From: Octopus sinensis
Lineage: Eukaryota
Assembly (NCBI RefSeq): GCF_006345805.1
Contig: NW_021833589.1
Location: 7,250-71,249 of the forward strand
Direction: 5' to 3'
DNA: 64,000 bases
How positions within the stretch are numbered: position 1 is the stretch's first letter; every line of letters begins with the position of its first letter. This document shows, piece after piece, positions 50,878 to 64,000 of the stretch. Position numbers and translations under genes: made by a program. The notes under the pieces are model-generated. The model was not told the origin of the DNA, did not search any database, and saw only the letters and a list, made by a program, of their open reading frames with translations.

Positions 50878-51400
50878 AATTAATATTGTATTTTGTAAAT
50901 ATTTTGTCAGTATGTCCATCCTTTCCCTGCCATAAAATGTCACGCCTCAAAAAGGAAATTATTTTTGAACATATCTCAGGTAATTTTGATATTTTATGTT
51001 TATGTGTTTTTGTATAAAATTATTTATGAATTTTGAAAATTGTTTTGTTATAATTAATATTGTATTTTGTAATATTTTGTCAGTATGTCCATCCTTTCCC
51101 TGCCATAAAATGTCACGCCTCAAAAAGGAAATTATTTTTGAACATATCTCAGGTAATTTTGATATTTTATGTTTATGTGTTTTTGTATAAAATTATTTAT
51201 GAATTTTGAAAATTGTTTTGTTATAATTAATATTGTATTTTGTAAATATTTTGATATTTTGTATTTCTGTTTCAAACATCGACCAATGCATTCTCAGTCC
51301 TTTCGCTGTCATACAATCTCGCGCCTCAAAATGGAAATTATTTTGGAACATATTTCATGTAATTTTGATATTTTATGTTTGTGTTTTTGAAATGAAGCTT
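50878..51400. repeat. ~173-bp tandem repeat (two near-perfect units plus a degenerate third)
   Basis: TAATTAATATTGTATTTTGT starts at 50878, 51051 and 51224. Confidence 0.85.
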
Positions 51401-51636
51401 TGACATTTATAAGAAAAAGCATGTTCCATTTTTATTTTTGTTAACTGTATTTATTAACTAAAATTGTGAATTTTGAAAAGTGAAAATTGTTTTGTTAAAA
51501 GTAATATTGTATTTTATGAATGTTTTGATATTTTTTTTCAATAAACAAACTTAGATCCAAAAACGAAAATAATCTTTTAAGATCGGCCAAATAATGTAAT
51601 ACAACAACAAGGACGATTTTTATATCAAATTATTAT

Positions 51637-52045
51637 TCAATTGAATACAAAATTCCCGGCCTCGTAGATGGAAACACAGTTTCCACGTACTATAGCCAAG
51701 GAAATCCTTTCGAGAAGCCACTTGGACTCGCGTGGGTCTCCCCGTTTATGGGAAGTCATGCGGCCAAGCTTTTTCAAAAAGGAGAGAGACTTTTCGCCGA
51801 TGACGCCGGATGTCTCGACGGCGATAGGAGTGAACAGATATCGTTCAGAGAGCTCCTTGTACTTTCCGATCTTCATTTTTTCGGTTTTGCGAGAGACTGA
51901 GCCAGCCTCGACAGCTGAAGAAAGAAGATTAAGCTCCGAGAAAGTGTCTGAACACGTCGCATCCCATATCAGAGACTTGCCGAACTCAAACGGGAAAGTC
52001 GATAGACCGTCGGGTCTTTTTCCGTCTCGTTTCAGTTTTTCCGTC
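51637..52045 (-). mobile_element. CRE-like 3' fragment
   Basis: RDGKRPDGLST..WDATCSDT..LERISLAIVRGNC. Confidence 0.85.
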
Positions 52046-52329
52046 ATTTGCTATTTTATATTTCTGTTTCTTGATAAAATTATTAATCAACGAAAATCCC
52101 AAGTTGTTTTAAAATGCGTTTATACACCCCTCGACATTAAAATTTGGACAGTTAATAAATCGTCATTTTTATTATCAATTTTATTAAATTAAAAACTTAA
52201 GCATGCTTATATCATCTATATTTTTTAATTTTATAATATTTATCCATAAATCTTTTTAGAATATTGAGAATAAAGCAAAAACCGATTTTTAAGACAAAAA
52301 ATTCCGGACAAATGTCAAAAAATAAAATA

Positions 52330-52560
52330 TCAGTAAGGAATATGCTTTCCTCTCGATTTATATAACTTTAAACTCCGAGTTTTCATCGAATTTATTAATT
52401 TTCGAATAAAATCAATTGGAAGTTTATTCCAAATTTCTAATATTTTATTTTTTTGATGTTTATTTTTTGGTCGATTTTCTGCATCATCCCTCGATAATTC
52501 ATATTTAGTTTTTGACCAAATATGTTCAATGGGATTCATATCGAGGGATTGTGCCGGTCA
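52330..52560 (-). mobile_element. Tc1 transposase C-terminal remnant
   Basis: MNPIEHIWS..IRKLINSM..KSRGKHIPY. Confidence 0.7.
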
Positions 52561-53270
52561 ATCGAGTAAATTAATTTTGTTTGCAGAAAAATACTCCTTT
52601 GTTGCTTTCGAAGTATGACATGGGGCAGCGTTTCCCAACCTTTTTGTGCTCGCGGTACCTAAAACTTGGTTTTTTTTTCTCCGGCATTTAAAAAATCAGT
52701 ATTCATTAGAAATGTTTTTTTAATTAATATATTCAAGAAACTTAACAAAAAATTACCAAATTGTAATTATAATAACTAATGAGACACTTGTGTTTGTTTA
52801 TGTGCACACAAAATTTCAGACGGGGACGAATTTGCGACAAACATACGCGGAGGTCATCTTCAACTGATAACAACCAGTTTCTGTTTTTTGACGAGACAAG
52901 AGAAAGCTTGTTCACACTTATATGATGTGAGAACTGAAGTAATATTTTGATTGCTTTTTTAAAAATTGAAGGATAAGAATCTTTTATCAAAATCCAGAAC
53001 TTATCTGTCTTTATTTTAGTAAATTTAATTTTTTAATGTGCGGTCATATCGAAGTTGACAAAGCTCCTCCTCTTCTGTTAGAGTAAGTTGATATTCACAT
53101 GATTCGGAGAATGGATTTCTAATCCAATCATATATTTCAATATTAAGAGACGGAAAATAATGATTGATGCTCTCTTCCAATTGTTCTAGATTTGCAGGCG
53201 AGTAATATGTCACGAGCTGGACGCGTTACCGACCCGGACGCGAAAATATAAGTTCCTTCAATTTCAGTAT

Positions 53271-53870
53271 CTAGTGTTCAATTATTAAATTTTCGTGATT
53301 AGATTCATTTAAAATCTTAAAACAATTTTGAATGGTTTCAGTAGATACGTCATCCCAATCCATATTAACAAACAAAATTGCATCTTTTAATGTCAATTTT
53401 TTGTATGAATTGTATACAGAAACATTTTCATCGTCGGGAAAATCAGTTAAGTATTCTTGCTTTCTTCTCATGAAGTTAGCCTTGAATGTTTTCATAATTC
53501 AAATATCTATTGGTTGTAGTAATCCAGTAGAATTTTTAGAAAAAATTAAAATCTTAATACAATCCAGGTTTAAAATTTTTATATCCTTGGAATCGGTATT
53601 TCGATAAGGGGTGCTTTTTGATTGAATAAGCTTGTAGTATAATGCAGATTATAGAATTGATCAGGCTTATACAATTTATAAATTTCTTTAAGTTCTTGAC
53701 GAAAAGAATTAATGTCAACTACTATATCAGTTCGCATCTCTCGGTGTAATTTTAACATTCTAAAATCATGGCTCTTTTTAAATTTTTCCAGAAATTCATT
53801 AGAATTTTTAAAGTTATTACGTTGTAACTCTGGCAAAATGCGCATCCTTACACAATATTAAGGAATCATT
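53271..53870 (-). mobile_element. Tigger/pogo transposase remnant
   Basis: SNEFLEKFKK, IIKTFKANF..DWDDVSTETIQNCF. Confidence 0.65.
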
Positions 53871-53913
53871 CAAAAAATCACCTACAAATTAATTTTCAAT
53901 TAATACCTTAGAC

Positions 53914-55981
53914 CAGAGGTTTCCAAATGGGGAGGCGCGCCTCCCTAGGGAGGCGTTGACTCGTGTCAAGGGAGGCGCGAAAAGTATTTCAGAAACATTT
54001 TTTAGAAAATTATATCTATGTAAAAAACGTGACTATATTCCGATAATAAGAGTTATTAATTTAAAAATTATATTTTTTCAAAAATTTATTTAATTTATTA
54101 GACAATTAAATAATTTTAACACATGAATAAATTCTTGAGTGGTTGCACGTATCTTTGTTGATTCTATGGAAAAACCCCTCTGTTTGCTTTGCCTCAAAAC
54201 ACTTGCAGCAGATAGTATGAGGCCATGCAAATTAAGAAGACATTTTGAAACGATGCATTCTGAACATGTCCATAAGTCTGAAGAATTTTTTAAAAGAAAA
54301 TTAGAAGAGTTTGATAACCAAACGAAATCGTTAAAAAAACTTGTTTCTGTCTCTTCAAATGCTTTACTAGCATCTTACAAAGTTTCTTACAGGATTGCAA
54401 AATGCAAGAAACCGCACAATATCGGAGAAACTCTAGTTTTGCCAGCAGCTATCGATATGGTTGAAGCAATGTTTGGCGAATCCTATGCAAAACAATTACA
54501 GCAAATACCGCTTGCTGATAACACAGTCGCTAGAAGAATTGATGACATATCTGAAGATCTTTGTGATCAGTTGGTTTCTCGACTACGTAACTGTAAATTT
54601 GCTATACAAGTTGATGAGGGAGCTGACATAAATAAAAATGCACATTTAATTGCATATGTCAGATATGCTGAAGAAAGTACAATAATAGAAGATCTATTAT
54701 TCTGCAAACCATTTCCTGGAAGGAGCACGGCCAATGAAATTTTTAATATAATTGATACTTTTTTTGAAGAAAATAACATAGAATGGATCATTGTGTTGGA
54801 CTTTGTACAGACGGAGCACAGTCAATGTCAGGAAATAAATCTGGTCTTCAAGCTCTTGTAAAAAACAGAGCACCAGAAATTATCTGGACGCACTGCATGC
54901 TGCACAGATCAGCACTTGTCTCAAAGAATATGAGTCCAGAACTGAACGATATTTTTGCGCAAATTACAAAAGTTATAAACTACATAAAACACAGTCCTTT
55001 AAGAGCTAAGTTTTTTGCAAAGCTGTGTGAAGATATGGATTCAAAATATACATCGCTTTTATACTATTGTGAGGTACGCTGGCTATCTCGTGCAAAAGTG
55101 ATTAGAAGGGTGTTTGAACTCAAAGATCAAGTTGCAGATTTTCTTGATGAAAATGATATTGAAGATGCAAAGTTGTTCAGGGATGATGACTTTATTGTCA
55201 AATTTGCCTATTTAGTTGACATTTTTGGGAAATTGAGTATATTGAATAATCAATGCAGGGACCACAACTACATTTATTCTCTCAAAAGGACAAAATAAAA
55301 GCATTTATGAAAAAATTGGTATTATGGAAATCAAATATACAAAAATATCTATGACATGTTTCCACTTTTAAACACCTTTTGCGCCATAGTGAACATTGAA
55401 GCAAACAAAGACATATTTGCTGAACATTTGGATTGTTTGTTGAAGCATTTTGCTCACTATTTTAAAGATCTCGACTGTAAAATGTTCGAATGGATACAGA
55501 ATCCATTTATTGATGAAGAAGATAATCAATTTGCATTGACAACTTTTGAAAAAGAAAAATGATAGAATTGTCATGCGATACATTATTGAAACAAAAATTT
55601 GAGAGAGAACCGCTAATTTCTTTTTGGTTGAATGTAAGAACGGAATATGAAATTTTGTCGAATAAAGCAATGAAAGTTTTGTTGCCATTTGCTACTTCAT
55701 ATTTATGCGAAACTGGATTTTCTGCACTAGCTGCAATTAAATCTAAATATCGAACTCGTTTAGTAGTGACTAATGAGCTAAGAGTAGCACTCTCTGCGAT
55801 GACACCAAGATTTGAAAAACTTTGCGCCAAGATGGAAAAAAAATTATCTCATTAACTTTTTGTTTTAAAAAATTGTTTTTGATAAAATAATAATTGTATT
55901 ATATTATGGAATATAAAGGGAGGCGCAAGATTGTACTTTTTCTCTAAGGGAGGCGCGTAAAAAAAAGCTTGGAAACCTCTG
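53914..55981 (+). mobile_element. hAT (Buster/ZBED5-8-like) transposon with frameshifted transposase
   Basis: CAGAGGTTTCCAA...TTGGAAACCTCTG TIRs; PLCLLC..LRRHFETMH, FAIQVDE, CTDGAQSM, THCMLHR, EVRWLSR, FATSYLCETGFS. Confidence 0.9.
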
Positions 55982-56400
55982 GTGTAAGGTATGCCAAGTG
56001 CAAGCGGGGCGAAACCGAAGAGTTTAAGCCAGGCCTCTTGGTCGTTGGACGTGAGTGCATCGTCAATAGCGGAAGCCAGGCATATAGCTGCAGGGATCCG
56101 GACGGGTCTCGGGATCTTAAGTGGAATCTTGTTGGCCTTCCTTTGCTCAGACAAGAAAAGCAGGAGAGAATCCGTATTGTCGAAATCCAACGGCTCGCTA
56201 GAGACGACAGGTTCATTCGATATTTTCGCCTGGGTCTTCCGGCCAAAGCCCATACATACATTGCAGTTCCATAAACTGAGTGAGGATGCAGCCTGCCGGG
56301 ACATCCTTACACATCCGAGGTGGAAAAAGTTCCCGCAAATCGAGCAGAAGAGCCCGTACTTGCGTGCATTGCCACAACCGCACGAGGAACTTGTAGGAGA
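55982..56400 (-). mobile_element. 5' portion of a CRE-like ORF with an N-terminal PHD finger
   Basis: One open frame: CGC..CSIC..FH..C..WNCNVC (56254-56382), then IPLKIPRPVRIPAAICL..AWLKLFGFAPLALG, which is homologous to the CRE N-termini at 1061 and 37087. Confidence 0.75.
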
Positions 56401-56539
56401 TAATTATCGTTGTATTTTCGAATCTTTTTAACCCGTAAATTAATAAACAAGACTATTAGGGTGGAGTTATATTTTATTTATTAGGACCAATAACACCGTC
56501 ATAACCATAATTAACTATTTCAGATGATCCCAGCCTCTT

Positions 56540-58200
56540 TCAGATACCTTTGCATCTTTTCTCTGTGTTCTAGAGTGCATTGTCTAAGTCTTAGACTCTA
56601 AGAGGTCGGGGATCCCGAACATGGACTTTTTTCCTGAGGTCTTCACTGTTTTCTTTCACAATTTCTTCTAGTCCCTTTGGTTGAATTTTGTTCCCCGTGA
56701 CATTCGCTAGGAGGTTTACAATCTCCATTTGAATATTGTCGATTTTTTTGACATTTGCTTCCCCATACTGTACATCCGTAACCAATTGTCGGTTTAATAT
56801 ATTGAGTGTATAGAGCAGGGGTGCGCAAGTGCGGCCGTGAGTCGATGAATGTGCGGCCGTGGGCACAATTAGGTCATCGAGTAACTAATCTTAAATATAA
56901 TGCTCAGTATGCAATGCCTATTGTGCCATGAGATTGTGAAAACTATAAACCGGGACAATGCTAAACAACATTTTCAAAGACATTTAGACCACCTAGTTGT
57001 CAAGTCCAAGTGTTCAAGAGAAGATTCCGTCGAAAATTTGAAATACAAATTAAGACAACAAAAAAAATGTTTAAAAACTTTTTTAAATGTGGCAAATGCA
57101 AGAGTTGAAGCATCCTTTCGAGTTGCTCATATCCTTGGATCTGCTGGAAAACCTTTTTCAGACGGCGAACTTGTGAAAAGATGTATCATGGAATCAGTTA
57201 AATGCATTGATCCCGACAAGGAGCATAACTTTGAAGCAATTCCACTTTCACGTGACACAATTCAGCGCCGACAGTTTCATATTGCCGAGCATCTTAATCT
57301 ATCACTCCTACAAAAATCAAATTCTCAAACTACGTTATTTTCACTTGCCATTGATGAGTCAAATTATATATGTGATTCTGCTCAGCTGATCATATTTATT
57401 CGTACTCTATCCTTCGATTTTGAAATACATGAGGATTTTCTATCCATGGAGTCACTACCTGGAAATGTACGGGGTCAAGATATATTTGAAATAGTTAAAC
57501 AATGTTGTTTGGAATTCAAATTGGACATGACATGTCTAAGAGGAATATGCACAGATGGCGCACCAGCAATGTTGAGTAGAAAACAAGGATTTGTTGCACG
57601 CCTAACTGAATATGTCTCAGAAGAGTATAACAATAAATCAGTTATTGGTGTACAATGTACACTGTACATTGTATTATTCACCAACAAGCACTTTGTTCAC
57701 AAATGAAAAAATTTGAAGATACACTTAATTTGAGGGCAACTTATGTGGTCACTTTTAATAATTAAAAAAAATTACTATATTAATATCGAAAAAATAATGC
57801 AGAAAATGTGCGGCCGTAGAAGAGAAGGAAAAAAATGCTATGCGGCCGCAAACCCAAAAAGCTTGCGCACCCCTGGTATAGAGACTCTAATCCGTCAGTT
57901 CCTTTGGCGTCTTCCAAGTTTCCAAGTAATGCTTTAGAAAGTTTAGTTTCTTATTGCATTTCGTCAACACGTTTTCCGTATGGGGAGTAAAGCTTAGAAA
58001 GGTCTCAAAAGTGATCCCTAGTATCTTTAGAGTTTTATTTGGAGGAATTGATTTCCCTTCCATGGTCACATTTATCGACAAATTCCCCAGTCTTTTGTTA
58101 GTTGTGAAAAAGGTTAGCTCAGACTTTTTCGGACTTGCTTTCAACAGATTATTTATATAAATTTTCAAAAATTTTCGAACGATATCTTTGAAACGGCTAA
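56540..58200 (-). mobile_element. LINE RT C-terminal fragment interrupted by a hAT element
   Basis: KILGITFE before the insertion; rejoining gives GLESLYTQYIKPTIGYG. Confidence 0.75.
56816..57875 (+). mobile_element. Internally deleted hAT (GTF2IRD2/SPIN-like) with 8-bp TSD GTATAGAG
   Basis: CAGGGGTGCGCAAG...CTTGCGCACCCCTG; ORF 56900-57706 with FSLAIDES and CTDGAPAM. Confidence 0.9.
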
Positions 58201-59629
58201 CGATATCTCCTCGAAAATATATATAATTCACTAGTGAGTGAGGTTTATTTGATTGTATAAAAACCAGTTTTTAGAATGTGTCTCACTCACTCCTATTTAT
58301 TATCCAAACTCATTATTTTTTGCATTCTCTAACAACTTATCGAATGATCGCTCTTTTTACTATAAAAAATTTTCCCCTACATAGAGCTTCATTGTACCCA
58401 AAATGATTGCCCTGGTGAATATCTCGAAATTATGACCAGAAAGTTAATTAGAATATGATAATAAACAACTAATACTATTCCATACTGTTTATTATTGTTT
58501 CCTAATTCACCATTTAAGTTAAATGAAAAATTTTCCGTCCAATATATATTTGAAATTATGCAAACGGAAAACTAATGCAATCTCAGACTATTCATTTTCA
58601 ATTGTCCAATTATAAGTAGTTAGTTGTCAGAGATAGTATGTATAATCTGTTCAGGATTCTTAAAAACTTTCTTATAAATCAATCCTACAAAAAGCATGGA
58701 AATGGCTTGACTCTGCGTGAGTTGAAATCAAATGGCTTTAGATTCTTTGATCCACGTTTTTTGAAGCTCACACTCAACTGAATTGGCAGTTAAATGTATA
58801 TTCTCGGAATATTACAAGAAAGTCTAGAAAGCAGAAATTATTTGCCAACTTATACCAGCCAGCGTGATGTCGTAAAAAAGATGGTGTTACAAAATACTAT
58901 TAAAAGTATTACAAACATCCAGTTTAAAAATATGAAAGAAATGTCCACGGAACTCCTTAAACCCGTATGTTTACCGGAGCTTTGACACCACCACAGTGCA
59001 TACCTTACTGCATACCCCTTTTTTGCGCTATTGAGACTCTCCATGAGAGACCAGCGTTAAAATTTACATTTTTGGTAAATATACGATATAATCAGATTGA
59101 AATTAATATTTATATGTTTAGTCTTAAAGCAGGATAATTTCAAATTTAGTGTATATAATGCATAGAGTTTTATGTGCTGTATCTGCCCTTAAAAAACTCT
59201 GAAAAATATCTCCTTTGGTGTTTGAATGTTTTCAGAATCATTGAAGAGGACCAAAATGATGTATGTGAGCTTTATCTTTGTGCATACTAAGAATATTGTC
59301 ATTTATTTAACTATTTAATAAATTTTTTGATCGCTGTAACCTGTCGACTCAAAAAAGCATTTTTTAATTTCAATATCTTCAACGATAAAAGAGTTTTTAG
59401 AAATTATTAAAATCAAATGTAGTTATTGTCTGGTCAAATTACATAATTAAAAAGGAGAACATAATTATGATTCCAGAATAACAACGATTTTTCTATAATC
59501 AATATCAACTTTCGAACCATAATTACTCAAATCTTTTCTCCCAGATTACAAACTCAAATATATTTCGACATATTAATTAAAAAAACTTACAATTATTTAT
59601 TTAAACCCAAGGAAATTGTTAAAAAAACC

Positions 59630-59830
59630 TAGCTATTAAGTACTGACTTGCAGGATTGAAAGACAATTCTTGCGTAAAACAGCCAGCGAGATCCTCTGAA
59701 TAAGGAATATAAATTTCCTGGGATCTCTGGAGCGATAGGTCCACAGACGGCCAAGCTTTTTAAGATGAGCAAGCGTATTGGCCCCAAAAACACAGGAAGT
59801 CTCGATGGCAATTGCCCAAAAGCAATGCAT
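59630..59830 (-). mobile_element. CRE-like extreme 3' fragment
   Basis: AIETSCVFG..IQRISLAVLRKNC. Confidence 0.7.
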
Positions 59831-61399
59831 CATAAAAAAATATTTGATCTTGAATATTAAAATCAGTCGCAATCAGTGAAAAATTAGGATTAATAAAAAT
59901 TGGAGGTCGTAAGTAAAAAAAAGTTTTCATTAATTGCTAAATCACAAAATATTGTTTATAAGATAAAAAAGGAAGTATTGGAAAAGAAATTTAACAGCGA
60001 ACGTAATTTTCACTAATTAACAAGTATAAATACTGTATCGGGACGGGTTAAAATCCAACCGAATCAAAAAATGGAACAGATTGAGGCTATAGAAAACGAG
60101 GATTTTTACGAGATTGAAGATCTATATTGTTTTGCGGAAGAGAGGTCTTTGGACCAATTATTTCAGCAATTTTCCAATGATCAGGAGGAACAATTAATCC
60201 TCTACAATTATTATGACTAATTTTTTTTGATTACTGTTTTTTAAATTTGGAAATAAACTATTTTTTTTATAAAGCCTGAGTTTTTCTACGTCCATGAAAC
60301 TCATAGATTGTAAGTGCTCTGAAAGTCAGTGGATCTACAATAGACTTCTTAAAAGTGTTCCGAACATACATGACAGAGAATAATTAAAAAACCAGAGTGT
60401 TTTCTATGTCGAGTCAGCTTTGTTTTTTAAACAGTGAATGCTGTAGTTGGTCGCATATTCAAAAATTAGCCTCAACAAATAAAAGGCAAATGAATTTTAA
60501 ATTCAAACGTGAAAATTCCACAAGTCAATATAAGCTATGATTAACAGATCCTCTGGGCTGTGTCCCCTGACTGATAAACGAACAAAGAAGATCTAGCGCC
60601 TCGACTAATAGGTCCTGTGCTCTGTCTGGACTGCTCTTTCAGTCAATGAGACGTCTGGTAACCTGACTCTTACATTTTGAACAATGAAAACGCATTTAGG
60701 GTCGCTTGGTTGTGCTTAGGCGTAATAAGGTGAAAGGTCTCTTTTGAATTTTTTTGACTTTCCAGTTTGTTGAGAAGACTTTCGGATTTTTTTGTTAGAA
60801 AAGAATGAAGTTTTCTTTGTAATTGACTAGAAGTTTTCTTTTTGAAACTTTATTGATTGTTAATTAACACTTTAAATCCAAGCAGAGAGAAAATTATTTC
60901 GAATTATGTAATGCAATTAATAATTGATTATGTCGGGCCTTACTCTAACGATCATGATGCCCTCATACTTGATAGGGTGAGTTGAAACAACCCTGGCGTG
61001 TTAACTTCATCAATTTGATAAATCGAATTATTAACACCTTAAAAAACTTAACATTTTTTAACTCTATTCATGATAACTATCCTAGTTTCATTTTTGAATT
61101 CCATTTAAATGTTAGAAATGACGACTCACTCTTAATCTTTTATTAGAAATTAAATTTTTTACTTAACTAAAAATAAAGTCTTCAAAACCAAACAAATGCC
61201 AATAGACAGGCAGAATTAATAACTGGTATTGGAAAGAAAGATATGCTAATTGAAAAAGGATCAGGTTTGCTTTTTGCAAGCTTTTGAATAGTTAGCTGAC
61301 TTCACAACGAGCGAGAAATTATCTAGGAATGCTTAAAGAAGAATACACCTTAAGAAAGTTAATTATTTGGCGGTATAAAACAACGTTTTCCACCTTTTT

Positions 61400-62960
61400 T
61401 GTTCTGTCTGTATTTAAAACCTGGTTTTTTGCTTGCGGCACTAATTTTTTTACATATTAATTACATATTTTACATATTAATTAGGACACTATACGAAGAA
61501 GATTAGATGAAATTTTTAATGAAATTGAACAATCCTTAGTTTTACTTCTCAGAAAACGCCAGTTTTCAGTCCAACATGACAAATCAATTTTCGTTGATAA
61601 CCACTCAATTTTTATGGAATATGTAAGTTATTTTTTTTTTTTAAGTTATTACTTCTTATAAATACTTTTTATAAAGATATTTACATGATGATTTTATTTT
61701 GCAAGAAGAGTTATCATTTGCAAAATCTTTAATCAAGGATACTACAGTATTTTCAATATTCAAAATGTTTGAATCTTATTTATTCTTAAATAATATTCCA
61801 CTTCAATTCATTATATTTTACATTGGCATCATTTAATTGCACAAAAATTATTTGAAGAATTTAATGGATCAATGCAATTGTTATCAAAGTTATCAATGAA
61901 CTTAAAGTAGACAGGAAGTACGATCGTATTTTTCGTGAATACCCCACTAATCAAAATGAAAATTATGTTAGGTTACTTTTACATACCAAAGTAAGATGGT
62001 TATCCAAGGGTAATTGTCTTTAAAGATTTTTGATATTATTTGAAGCTATTGTTGATTTTTTAAGATTTCAGGAAAAATTTAAATTGCTTAATTCCTGCAA
62101 AATTCATAAAAGATTCTGATGATGAATGTCAAGAAGAATTACTGGAAAAAAAACGACGAAGAACTCAAAATAAAATTACAAAAATGAAAACCTGACAAAA
62201 TTCTGGGAAGAAAAATCTATAAAAATGAAATTCCCAAAATCATGAGAAAAAATGATGTTAATAATATTATGTTTTCCTAAATCATACTACGTAGAAAGAG
62301 GATTCAGCACTCTGAATAGTATGATCGAGAAAAAAGAAACAAACTAAACATATAAGAAAGAGGAAACATTAGAGTTGTAAATTTGCCTGTCCATTGAAAG
62401 TTTTAATTCTTTTTAATTTTTAATGTAGGTTGGTGATATGAATCATCATATTTTTGCTTCTTCTCGGAATGAAAGGTTTCAGCTAGATCTTGTAGATCTA
62501 AAAAAGTTTTCAGTCGTAAATAATAATTCAAAATAGATTTTAATAGTCATCGATGTTTATAGTAGGTTGGTAGTAGGTCTCTCAACAATTTATTCAGATT
62601 TGCATTTGTCAGACCACTTTTTCATAAATCTTCAAAAGAAGTAACTTAAGATCACTTTTCTACCTATATGGACCTTACAAAATTTTGCAATCTTACAATG
62701 GACCTTACAATGGACCTTACAAATTTGAGATCTATGCGAAGAGTTCAATGTAGTTCAGATACATGGAAGACCAAACAATCCCCGTACACAGGGGAATGCA
62801 GAACGTTTTAATCAAACCATCACCCGAAAACTTTCCAAAATGATAGACACAGATGAAAAAAGTGGCTGGAAATTATCGAAAAAGCAGTGTACTGTTATAA
62901 CAAGGCTGTACACTCATTTTCAAATCAGAGTCCTTTCGAAAGATGTCGAGGGATAAGCGG
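61400..62960 (+). mobile_element. Heavily degraded hAT and integrase remnants
   Basis: HTKVRWLSKGN and VERGFS (hAT); ERFQLDLVDL..VIDVYSR and HGRPNNPRTQGNAERFNQT (rve integrase). Confidence 0.6.
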
Positions 62961-63473
62961 AATAAACACTGTTGATGCAGGTTATAATTATCAAATTATG
63001 TTTTAAAAAATATTAAAAATCATTTTGAAAATTCAGAGATTTGTTCAAATTTAGACTCAATTGAAAATTCATTTTTATTTAATAGATAAAATATGCTAAA
63101 GAGATATGGACGGTACCAATGGCAAGACTAAAAAAATGATTAATTTTAATATTTTTTGTTAAAATGCATTATTCTTTCAAGTAAGAGTTCTTCAAAATAG
63201 CTAATTAAGTGTCAGCAGTGGCTGCACCTCGGATTGCAAGCGAGTTACCTCGCAAGATGCGATCGATGTTATTCAATGAGTAATAATTGACATCTACAAG
63301 GTCAAAAATGTAACCGGTTGCCCATGCGTATCCAGCCGCCCATGTCACATATTAACATCAATAGATTTATAAAAACAGACATTTATACGACATTTTGATT
63401 CACCCCATGAAAAGACAGTCTTCTTAATTGTTTTTATGAATTAATCAAACGTTAGTTATTTAATAAAAGGAAG

Positions 63474-64000
63474 TCAGCTACTAGCCGCAGAGAGAATAGA
63501 GAAACTGTTCCCCCTGAGTACGGCTATTGAGACGCGCTCAAAAAGCCGATTGACCTCGCGGGGGTCGTTTCTGATCCTCCCGAGGTGACGGCCTCTCTCG
63601 GTGAGAAAACGTAGCGTGGCTGGGCCGAATGTGCCTGATGTTTCGACTGAAACAGGCACAAAGAGGAATCTGTCGGCGAGCGAGGCGTACTTGTCTATCT
63701 TCCGGGTCTCTGCCCTCCTCGCCGCTGTGCCAGCTTCGATCGCGGACGCGAGAAGGCATGTTGACGCAAAAGTGTCAGAGCATGTCGCGTCCCAGACGAT
63801 CGCTTTGCCGCACTTGAACGGGAAGAGCGAGACGCCGTCCAGCCTCTTGCCATCGCCCCTGTTAAGGCCAGAGGGCTCCAGCTGGCACGGGATGCCGGTT
63901 GCCTCGAGCAGACGCTTTATTATGGAATTAAGTTGTCCGTGCCTGGGGAACCTCCCAGGGCATTTGCGGCAGGAGAGCGGGTGTAGACCTTTGCCGTCTA
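63474..64000 (-). mobile_element. CRE-like 3' fragment running off the window edge
   Basis: Near-identical to 49917-50445. Confidence 0.9.

Noticed and set aside
59900-60220. Possible small host gene or homeobox remnant (KKEVLEKKFNSE.. and an acidic C-terminal exon)
   Set aside because: I could not build an open spliced model with GT-AG tiny introns, and there is no WFxN motif.

Overview
This is AT-rich eukaryotic DNA, not prokaryotic, and it is dominated by nested and mostly degraded transposable elements. These include about ten CRE-clade restriction-like-endonuclease (RLE) non-LTR retrotransposon pieces, Ingi/I-like and RTE LINEs, Helitrons, hAT elements and MITEs, Tc1/IS630, Tigger/pogo, MULE and Ginger-like integrase elements. 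Only two host genes look intact. One is the proteasome ATPase RPT5/PSMC3 (28157-29612, minus), with eight GT-AG introns of 24-29 nt. The other is a divergent, apparently intronless POU-homeobox gene (13961-14791). POU plus ultra-short introns suggests a reduced parasitic metazoan such as a myxozoan, dicyemid or orthonectid; this is inference only. Host-gene fragments are also present: histone H3 tail (two copies), a Rab3-like exon and an SLC5A7-like piece. Most notable: (1) a composite endogenous viral element in which a rhabdovirus-like nucleoprotein gene is joined to a probable partitivirus-like capsid gene and then to an integrase remnant (20103-22900); (2) an Ingi-like LINE with a 30-bp target duplication that appears split in the SDH motif of its endonuclease by an ~18.5-kb foreign block carrying the POU gene and the viral element; (3) a PHD finger fused to the N-terminus of a CRE-type ORF; (4) a twin-priming-type 5' inversion in an RTE LINE. 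All family assignments come from motif recognition by eye, and reference sequences are quoted from memory. No database search was run.
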